NCBI GenBank assembly: GCA_046156285.1
Contig: JAZNCB010000047.1
Location: 1 to 32,710, forward strand
Length of the DNA: 32,710 bases
From: Eubacteriales bacterium
Lineage (GTDB): Bacteria > Bacillota > Clostridia > Oscillospirales > CAG-272
Direction: 5' to 3'
The notes below the pieces were generated by a model that was not told the origin of the DNA, searched no databases, and saw nothing but the letters and a program-made list of their open reading frames with translations. A program made the position numbers and the translations under genes. This document shows, one piece after another, positions 9,641-16,088 of this stretch (position 1 is the first letter of the stretch; the number at the start of each line of letters is the position of its first letter).

Positions 9641-9678
9641 GCAAAATTTGAGTTGCTTGTGTCAAAATTTGTGTTTTA
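9641..9678 (+). promoter_or_regulatory. Tandem direct repeats (21-bp register), candidate AraC operator upstream of the 8699-9571 operon
   Basis: The CAAAATTTG core occurs at 9642-9650 and 9663-9671, within GCAAAATTTGAGTTGCTT and GTCAAAATTTGTGTTTTA. The same motif recurs at 10533-10570. Confidence 0.45.
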
Positions 9679-10464
9679 GATATTCGTCTCGTTCTTGTAT
9701 TTATTGTAGGCGCGGTAAAAGGTATTCGGGCTTTCAAACCCGCACTCCTCGGAAATTTTGAGAAGCGGAAGCTCGGGATTTCTTTTCTTTATCTTATTAA
9801 CTCCTACTATGCGGCGTCTGTTAAGATACTCGCGCAAATTCATACCGAGGAATTTGTTGAGAAGCTTCGAAAGATAGGTTTTTTCATATCCGAAACGCTG
9901 CGAAAGACCTTCGAGGGTTATATTATTAAAGTAATTGTTGTCTATATACACAACGACGTCGAGGAGAAGCTTTGCCTGCTTTGTATACTGCTTCGGGTGC
10001 ATTTTGTAGTATTTTTTCAAAACTCCGAGAAGAGTTGTGGCAACTCCGCTTTTCATCTCGTCATTCATACCCGTTTTGTGAGAAAACGCCCATTCCAAAA
10101 GGTGTATAATCTCGTCAAAGCCCTCGTTTTTTTCAAGAAGCACATCAAAGGTGTTGTTGTCGAGACCGGAAACCGAGCTTACGTACTTCGGTGCAAAGAT
10201 GAAAACGTAGGCTTCAAGCTCGCCGACATCTGTCTTTTGGGCAGTGTGGTGCGGCACGAGCTTGTCTATGTATACGCCCTCGCCCGCTTGCAAAAGATGC
10301 TCGTCATCTCTTATCTTGACGGAAAAGCGGCCGCTCGTTATGAATATAAGCTCTATACTGTTATGTAATTTGTAGGTGTCCATCGTAGCAGGCGGACAGG
10401 TTGTTTTATCATACTTGAAAATCTTAAAATAGCCGTCACTGTCAGCAATTCTCTCGTATTCCAT
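9676..10464 (-). CDS. AraC family transcriptional regulator (cupin + HTH), 262 aa
   Basis: The AraC HTH C-terminus is present (LSQRFGYEKTYLSKLLNKFLGMNLREYLNRRR...GFESPNTFYRAYNKY). I chose ATG 10464 as the start (AAGGAG 5 nt upstream) rather than the GTG at 10470. Confidence 0.85.
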   Translation of the reverse strand: MEYERIADSDGYFKIFKYDKTTCPPATMDTYKLHNSIELIFITSGRFSVKIRDDEHLLQAGEGVYIDKLVPHHTAQKTDVGELEAYVFIFAPKYVSSVSGLDNNTFDVLLEKNEGFDEIIHLLEWAFSHKTGMNDEMKSGVATTLLGVLKKYYKMHPKQYTKQAKLLLDVVVYIDNNYFNNITLEGLSQRFGYEKTYLSKLLNKFLGMNLREYLNRRRIVGVNKIKKRNPELPLLKISEECGFESPNTFYRAYNKYKNETNI

Positions 10465-10532
10465 AAGCACTCCTTAAAAATCTTACTGAATATATTATAC
10501 ACCGAATACCGTATCTTGTAAATAGCTTTATG

Positions 10533-10570
10533 GCAAATTTTGTGTTTTTATTGTCATTTGTTGCTTTTTT
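10533..10570 (+). promoter_or_regulatory. Second pair of the same 21-bp-register repeats, upstream of the promoter of the 10659 gene
   Basis: GGCAAATTTTGTGTTTTTA (10532-10550) plus a degenerate GTCATTTGTTGCTTTT (10553-10568), ending about 15 nt upstream of the -35 at 10583. Confidence 0.4.
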
Positions 10571-10582
10571 GCTCCTTGTTTG

Positions 10583-10611
10583 TTGAAAGTTGATTTTCAC
10601 CGTGATATAAT
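10583..10611 (+). promoter_or_regulatory. SigA-type promoter of the TIM-barrel gene at 10659
   Basis: TTGAAA (10583-10588), a 17-nt spacer, then TATAAT (10606-10611), preceded by a TGn extended -10 (TGA at 10603-10605). Confidence 0.55.
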
Positions 10612-10658
10612 GTAATTACAAAAAAAGAAAGGACGTCGTTTTACGACTAACAGAAAAT

Positions 10659-11525
10659 ATGAAAATCGCCGTTTCATCTTATAGCTTTTCAAGACTTCTT
10701 GGCAACGGGCAAATGACACAGCTCGATACCATAAGCAAGGCAAAGGAGCTTGGCTACGATGCCATTGAATTTTCGAACATAATCCCCCACGACGGCTCTA
10801 CCCTCGAAGAATATGCCGCAAAGCTCAGAGCTGAGGCTGACAGATGCGAGTTTGAAATCTCGGATTTCGTTTTCGGCGCTGACCTGCTCAACGGACGTCA
10901 GGGCAGAACGGTTGAAGAGGAAATGGAATACGTCAAGAGAATGGTAAGAATAGCAAATATTCTCGGCGTTAAATTTATGCGTCACGACGTACTCTCCTCT
11001 CTTGGTAAGGAAAAATCCTTTACCACAGCTCTTCCAACCCTTGCAAAAAGAGTTACCGAAATTGCGGAATACGCAAAGGGATTTGGCATTAAGACAATGG
11101 TGGAAAACCACGGATACATATATCAGGACCCCGAAAGATGCGAGGCTCTCTACTCCACAGTTGAAAGTGACAATTTCGGTCTCCTTTGCGATATGGGCAA
11201 CTTCCTTTGCGGCGACCACGACCCAGCCGCTGCGGTTTCAAAGGTTGCTCCCTTTACCGTATTCGTACATGCGAAGGACTTCCACGTAAAGTCGGGCAAG
11301 GAGGAAAATCCCGGAAGAGGATACTTCACAACCCGCGCAGGCAACTACCTCAAAGGTACTGTTATCGGTCACGGTGAAGTGCCCGTAAAGCAGTGCCTCC
11401 AAATCTTGAAAAAGGCAGGATTTGACGGATACGTTTCGGTTGAATTCGAGGGACTTGAGGACAATATCTTCGCTCTTAGCGCAGGACTTGAAAATCTTAA
11501 AAAATACATCTCGGAGCTTAAATAA
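10659..11525 (+). CDS. Sugar phosphate isomerase/epimerase (xylose isomerase-like TIM barrel)
   Basis: MKIAVSSYSF start, MVENHG, LCDMGNF, FVHAKD and YVSVEFEG are family-typical metal-site regions. Confidence 0.8.
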   Translation: MKIAVSSYSFSRLLGNGQMTQLDTISKAKELGYDAIEFSNIIPHDGSTLEEYAAKLRAEADRCEFEISDFVFGADLLNGRQGRTVEEEMEYVKRMVRIANILGVKFMRHDVLSSLGKEKSFTTALPTLAKRVTEIAEYAKGFGIKTMVENHGYIYQDPERCEALYSTVESDNFGLLCDMGNFLCGDHDPAAAVSKVAPFTVFVHAKDFHVKSGKEENPGRGYFTTRAGNYLKGTVIGHGEVPVKQCLQILKKAGFDGYVSVEFEGLEDNIFALSAGLENLKKYISELK

Positions 11526-11539
11526 GCACCTATAAAAGC

Positions 11540-11585
11540 AAAACAGGAATGACCTCAAAATTGCAGGCTTTCCTGTTTTTGTTTT
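11540..11585 (+). terminator. Intrinsic terminator after the TIM-barrel gene
   Basis: AAAACAGGAA...TTCCTGTTTT forms a stem with an internal loop and is followed by TTTTTGTTTTT. Confidence 0.55.
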
Positions 11586-11620
11586 TATATAAAATTTGTC
11601 AAAAAACCTTGACAGATTGC

Positions 11621-11649
11621 TTGACAGTTATCCTTTTTTATGATATAAT
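11621..11649 (+). promoter_or_regulatory. SigA-type promoter of niaR
   Basis: TTGACA (11621-11626), a 17-nt spacer, then TATAAT (11644-11649). TG at 11641-11642 lies one position upstream of a canonical TGn extended -10. Confidence 0.6.
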
Positions 11650-11697
11650 AGTATCATATGATACAAATACGAAAACTAATGATAGGAGACATATAAA

Positions 11698-12210
11698 ATG
11701 AAGCTTAAATCCAAGGAAAGAAGATGCGCTATGGCGCAGCTTTTAACGTCTGAAAAGAAAGCGATACCTGGTGCAGAGCTTGCTAAAATATACGGTGTTT
11801 CAAGACAGATAATCGTCCACGATATTGACGTCTTGAAAAGTGAGGGTTATGATATAGCCTCAACGCACTTCGGCTATCTTCTGAGGAGCTCGCCTCTTCT
11901 AAAAAGAGAATTTAAGGTTTATCACACAAGCGACAAAACCGAAGAGGAGCTTGCCCTTATCGTATCGCTTGGCGGTATAGTTTCCGACGTTTTCATTGAG
12001 CACAAGGCTTACGGAAGACTTACAGCGTCTCTCAACGTATTCTCGAAAAATCAGGTCAAGGAATTCATTGAGGGAATTAAAAATAAGGACTACACCGAGC
12101 TTATGCAGCTCACCGACGGTGTTCATTTTCACACCGTCCGCGCAAAGACCGAATCAGAGCTTGACACTATCGAAAAAGCGCTTATCGAAAACGGATTTAT
12201 TGCAAAATAA
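11698..12210 (+). CDS. niaR: NiaR (YrxA) family transcriptional repressor, HTH + 3H domain
   Basis: The N-terminal HTH (ISG/PGAELAKIYGVSRQIIVHDIDVLKSEGY) and a C-terminal 3H-type domain with conserved His positions (VYHT..., IEHKAYG, VHFHTV) are present. It is 170 aa. The RBS is GGAGA. Confidence 0.75.
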   Translation: MKLKSKERRCAMAQLLTSEKKAIPGAELAKIYGVSRQIIVHDIDVLKSEGYDIASTHFGYLLRSSPLLKREFKVYHTSDKTEEELALIVSLGGIVSDVFIEHKAYGRLTASLNVFSKNQVKEFIEGIKNKDYTELMQLTDGVHFHTVRAKTESELDTIEKALIENGFIAK

Positions 12211-12224
12211 GTATAATTACATTC

Positions 12225-12270
12225 AGAGGGTAGCTCAAATGCAAAATTTGAGCTACCCTCTTTCTATTGT
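12225..12270 (+). terminator. Intrinsic terminator after niaR (perfect 15-bp stem)
   Basis: AGAGGGTAGCTCAAA-tgcaaaa-TTTGAGCTACCCTCT (12225-12261) is followed by TTCTATTGTT. The core CTCAAATGCAAAATTTGAG is identical to the one at 21664-21682. Confidence 0.8.
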
Positions 12271-12444
12271 TCGGGGATAGGTGGATTTTTGGCGAAAATC
12301 TTCGCTCTTCAAGGCGATAGGTATACGAAGAAAAAGGTAATGGAAAATTAGAACGGTCGAGGCAGCGAAGCGGCACGAGGGTGTTGAAAAATAATTGATA
12401 ATCGTTTTCACCAAAATGTACCGGCTGATTTTTTACAAAACCTA

Positions 12445-12473
12445 TTTACAAACTTCAAAAACTGTGCTATAAT
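12445..12473 (+). promoter_or_regulatory. SigA-type promoter of the structured leader and membrane-protein gene
   Basis: TTTACA (12445-12450), a 17-nt spacer, then TATAAT (12468-12473) with a TGn extended -10 (TGC at 12465-12467). Confidence 0.6.
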
Positions 12474-12480
12474 ATACTCG

Positions 12481-12699
12481 CCAAACAAATCGAATATTTG
12501 ATATATGGGGATATTTTGCTCTTTTGGGCATATTATGCCTTTTTTGTGCATACTATACTTTTATGAATTTGGTAAAAATGCAGATTCCTCGAAGTATGGT
12601 ATGCTGAATAACTATTCCCATATCTTTTCGATTTGTTTGGCGACAATTGGAGTTTGCGTTTTTCGGTGCGCTGACTTCGGTTGGCGCACTTTTTGTTTG
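12481..12699 (+). ncRNA. Candidate cis-regulatory structured leader (riboswitch/attenuator-like, class unknown)
   Basis: Nested perfect or near-perfect helices: 12481-12494 with 12627-12640 (14 bp), 12503-12513 with 12613-12623 (11 bp), the 12527-12539 hairpin, and 12548-12560 with 12592-12604 (13 bp). A terminator follows at 12666-12699, then AGGAG and ATG 12739. Confidence 0.55.
12666..12699 (+). terminator. Leader (attenuator) terminator with a C(UUCG)G tetraloop
   Basis: GTGCGCTGAC-TTCG-GTTGGCGCAC forms 10 bp including two G-U pairs and is followed by TTTTTGTTTG. It lies 40 nt upstream of the start codon. Confidence 0.65.
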
Positions 12700-12738
12700 C
12701 GCCGAAAACATTTTTATATATCATTAGGAGAAAAAACA

Positions 12739-13887
12739 ATGGAAACAAAGAAAAAACTACCTACCGGCGCAATAGCGTTTGCCGTCGCAGAAGCAGCGTT
12801 GTTGCTTATTGTTACTATCATTCAAGAATTCAGCAATTTCAACTCTATCGTTTTGTTTGATTTTTTGATCTTTATAGCTCTTGCCGTTTTTCTTATAAAA
12901 GGCAAAGACGGTCTTTTTATCGCAGCACCGCTCGCACTTATTGCTCTGATATATTTGATAAACTTTTTTAGTAGCTTCGATACCTATAAGTATTTTAATG
13001 ACGACTGGATTGCCAGATCAATATCAACGGTGATGTTCACAATAATATGCGCTTGTTTATTCATTACAATGGCCATTCTTGCTACGTATCTTATATCCGA
13101 AAAATATGGAATAGCTCAAATAAAAGAAAAATATCCTATCTTCACAAAGATATATAATATCGCCTTTAGAATTTTTGTTGTATCTCTTGTAATATTTACT
13201 GTAACAGATATTATAGACATGTTCGATACGATTGAGTATTTAGAGGAAGAGTATTACTTCGGCGGCGACGACGAAGTTTATCTTGAAATTATTTTTGTAA
13301 GTTTGCTTTCTCTTATTAGATATGTGCTGTTTACAATAGGTATTGTTTCTATAAAGGAATACATTTTCCCCAACCCAAACAAGCAAAGAACAGGCGAAAA
13401 TTCATTCGATACAAACCCCGAGGGATACATTTCGCTTGGAAAGCATATCTGCCTTCTTCTTTTCACGTTTGGTATCTGGCAGTTGATTTGGATATACAAG
13501 TCAACCAAATTCTCAAACTACGTGAAGGACGAGTCTGAAAGAGGTCCCGGTGCGGCGCTTCTTCTCTACATTTTCATTCCGTTCTACTCTTACTACTGGA
13601 CCTATCAGACTGCGAAGAGAATTGATAAGATAGCAAAGGACAGAGGCGTTCAGTCTGACATTGCTACAATGTGCCTCGTGCTCTCGCTGTTTATTCCAAT
13701 TCTTCCTCCGATATTTATGCAGGACAAGATTAACCAAGCAATTGTCGGCAATACGGCAGCTACTGCCGCTACAAATCCCGAAGCTACCAAAATAGATTCC
13801 GTAGTGAAGTATAAGGAGCTTCTCGACCAGGGAATTATCACCGAGGACGAGTTCGAAGCAAAGAAAAAGGAGCTTCTTGGTCTTTAA
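12739..13887 (+). CDS. Polytopic membrane protein with a DUF4234-like segment and a C-terminal SHOCT motif (382 aa)
   Basis: I chose ATG 12739 as the start (AGGAG 8 nt upstream; METKKK followed by a TM helix). There are multiple hydrophobic helices. GIWQLIWIYKS...YSYYWTY resembles DUF4234. The C-terminal KYKELLDQGIITEDEFEAKKKELLGL is SHOCT-like. Confidence 0.7.
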   Translation: METKKKLPTGAIAFAVAEAALLLIVTIIQEFSNFNSIVLFDFLIFIALAVFLIKGKDGLFIAAPLALIALIYLINFFSSFDTYKYFNDDWIARSISTVMFTIICACLFITMAILATYLISEKYGIAQIKEKYPIFTKIYNIAFRIFVVSLVIFTVTDIIDMFDTIEYLEEEYYFGGDDEVYLEIIFVSLLSLIRYVLFTIGIVSIKEYIFPNPNKQRTGENSFDTNPEGYISLGKHICLLLFTFGIWQLIWIYKSTKFSNYVKDESERGPGAALLLYIFIPFYSYYWTYQTAKRIDKIAKDRGVQSDIATMCLVLSLFIPILPPIFMQDKINQAIVGNTAATAATNPEATKIDSVVKYKELLDQGIITEDEFEAKKKELLGL

Positions 13888-13928
13888 TATCAATAATCAA
13901 TTCCGTAGACCGAAATATCGGGTTGGTA

Positions 13929-13962
13929 AAAAAGCGAGCCGCATTAAAACGGCTCGCTTTTT
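13929..13962. terminator. Bidirectional intrinsic terminator
   Basis: AAAAAGCGAGCCG-cattaaaa-CGGCTCGCTTTTT sits between convergent genes. Confidence 0.75.
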
Positions 13963-13976
13963 GTACTTTTGATTAA

Positions 13977-14999
13977 TTAAAACTTGTAATCGGGAACAAC
14001 CGGCTTTTCGAGAGTTGAGGACTCTACGATAGCAAGACAAGCTGCAATCGACTTTGCGCCCTCTTCTGCGCTCATTGCAACGGGGGTGTCGTTGATAATG
14101 TGGTTTGCGAATACCTCGAACTCGCTTACAACGTTGTGGTTGTTTACGTTGATAGGAATGATTTCGGGATCTTTCTTGGGAGAAATTCCGTCCTCACCTA
14201 TTGTGAAGAGCTGCATTGAATCGGAGGTGTTGTCGCAAATGATAGTACCCTTTGTACCGTAGATGAGAGTTCTCATCGTGTAGTTGCGCTTGCAGCCTGT
14301 GGAAACGAATACCTTACCGATAGCGCCGCTTGCGAATTTAAGAACAGCGATAGTAGCATCGTTGTGAGCAATTTCGGGAAGAAGCTTATGGTTGCCGTAT
14401 GCGAATACTTCAATGGGGTCGCCTGCTATCCATCTGATAAGGTCAACCGCGTGGCAGCCACCGCCGACAACGCCGTGGCGCTCAGGGTCTCTTCTCCACT
14501 CGCTCGCGCCCGAAAGAAGCAATGCGTAGTCGTGAGCATACTCGGATTCGATAAAGAATATATCGCCTATTGCGCCTGCCTCAACAAGCTCCTTTGCCTT
14601 TACGAAAGCGGGTGTGAAACGGCATACCTGACCAACCATAAACTTGGTATTTGCCTTTTCTGCGGCATTAACTATTGCTTTGAGCTCGCGTCTGTTAAGT
14701 GCAAGAGGCTTTTCGCACATAACGTGCTTGCCTGCTGCAAGAAACTCTTCGCTCTGCTCTCTGTGCTGCTGGTCGGGAGTTGCAATGATTACCGCATTCA
14801 TCTCGTCGATTTTGAGAAGGTCGCGCCAGTCGGTGTATCTCTTCTCTTCGGGAATGCCGTACTCGTCTCCTATCTTTTTAAGAACTGCGGGATCGATATC
14901 ACAAATTGCCGAAACGTCAACACCTGATGCAACAAGTCCTTTGAGGTGTCTGCCTCCCATATGAAGTCCAATAACTCCGGCACTGATTTTAACTGCCAT
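13977..14999 (-). CDS. Gfo/Idh/MocA family oxidoreductase (340 aa)
   Basis: Rossmann start MAVKISAGVIGLHMGGRH and the EKPLA motif. I chose ATG 14999 as the start (GAAAGGAA upstream); the track start 15017 has no RBS. Confidence 0.85.
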   Translation of the reverse strand: MAVKISAGVIGLHMGGRHLKGLVASGVDVSAICDIDPAVLKKIGDEYGIPEEKRYTDWRDLLKIDEMNAVIIATPDQQHREQSEEFLAAGKHVMCEKPLALNRRELKAIVNAAEKANTKFMVGQVCRFTPAFVKAKELVEAGAIGDIFFIESEYAHDYALLLSGASEWRRDPERHGVVGGGCHAVDLIRWIAGDPIEVFAYGNHKLLPEIAHNDATIAVLKFASGAIGKVFVSTGCKRNYTMRTLIYGTKGTIICDNTSDSMQLFTIGEDGISPKKDPEIIPINVNNHNVVSEFEVFANHIINDTPVAMSAEEGAKSIAACLAIVESSTLEKPVVPDYKF

Positions 15000-15038
15000 A
15001 ATAATATTTCCTTTCAAAAAATGTTGTTTGTTTGATGC

Positions 15039-15067
15039 TTGACAAACCGTGGTTTATCATCTATAAT
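15039..15067 (+). promoter_or_regulatory. SigA-type promoter of the AraC gene at 15145
   Basis: TTGACA (15039-15044), a 17-nt spacer, then TATAAT (15062-15067). Confidence 0.6.
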
Positions 15068-15100
15068 GATTTTACACCCTATTATAAATTAAATCAATGC

Positions 15101-15132
15101 AAAATCCGATACATTTTATATAAAATCCGATA
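15101..15132 (+). promoter_or_regulatory. Perfect 11-bp direct repeat AAAATCCGATA x2 in 21-bp register (candidate operator)
   Basis: Copies at 15101-15111 and 15122-15132 lie between the divergent Gfo/Idh/MocA and AraC genes. There is a 10/11 copy on the opposite strand at 9624-9634. Confidence 0.45.
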
Positions 15133-15144
15133 TGGGAGTTCTTT

Positions 15145-16086
15145 ATGAGAAAAGTAAAGCTCGACGATTCGTATAACCTTAATCTTCTCGGCACGAAAAA
15201 GACGTTTGACGTCGTGGCAGTTGTCAGCGCGTACAACTTTACGAGAATGCCTCCGAATTTTGTTCCGAGGTGGGAGAAATACAATTTCTCGCAAATGATG
15301 CTGGTGCTTGACGGAGAGGGAAAATATATAACCGAGGACGCAGAATACGACATCACGCCCGGTAAAATGTTTTACCGCCCCGCCTACAAAAGCTCAATAT
15401 ACAAATGGGATACCAAAGAGGTAAGATATGCGCTTATCAGCTTTGTATGCGATTCCGAGGCTATGTCGGTTTTTTCGGGCGAGCCGATTACTCTTTTTGA
15501 GGAGGAGCAGACAATTTTGCTCGATGCCATCAAAACCGGAGCTAAAATCTGCGAGCCTCTTCACAAAAACGGACCTGCAAAGAAAAACGCGCATCTTCGC
15601 GGAATGAGATTTAAGGAGGGAGTGCCCGACGTCGTGCTCGGATTTATCTCATCCTCCTTCGAGAGATTTCTCTCAATGGTTTATTGCAGACTGTGCAATA
15701 TAGAGCTTTTATGCGATGAGTCGCAAAAGGTGAATATGTATATCGGAAACACGCAGTTTATCGACAGAGTTACCGAGTATATGACCGAGCATCTTTCCGA
15801 ATGGCTCACTCTTGGCAAAATCTGCGCCCATTTCGGCATAAGCCAAGCGGGACTTACGAGAAAATTCCGCCGCGAGTGCGGAAAAAGCGTTATGGAATAT
15901 TTTGCTCACCTCAAAATCGGCGAGGCAAAGCACCGCATTGAAAAAACTACGCAAAGCTTTGCCGAAATTTCCGAGTCTCTCGGCTTCTCTACCTCAAACT
16001 ATTTTTCAAAGGTTTTCAAAAAGTGCACCGGAATGACACCCACCCAATACAGTAAATTCGTTTCCAAAAGACGAAGCATAAAATAA
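15145..16086 (+). CDS. AraC family transcriptional regulator
   Basis: The C-terminal AraC HTH is present (LGKICAHFGISQAGLTRKFRRECGKSVMEYFAHLKIGEAKHRI...GFSTSNYFSKVFKKCTGMTPTQY). The RBS is GGGAG. Confidence 0.85.
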   Translation: MRKVKLDDSYNLNLLGTKKTFDVVAVVSAYNFTRMPPNFVPRWEKYNFSQMMLVLDGEGKYITEDAEYDITPGKMFYRPAYKSSIYKWDTKEVRYALISFVCDSEAMSVFSGEPITLFEEEQTILLDAIKTGAKICEPLHKNGPAKKNAHLRGMRFKEGVPDVVLGFISSSFERFLSMVYCRLCNIELLCDESQKVNMYIGNTQFIDRVTEYMTEHLSEWLTLGKICAHFGISQAGLTRKFRRECGKSVMEYFAHLKIGEAKHRIEKTTQSFAEISESLGFSTSNYFSKVFKKCTGMTPTQYSKFVSKRRSIK

Positions 16087-16088
16087 AA

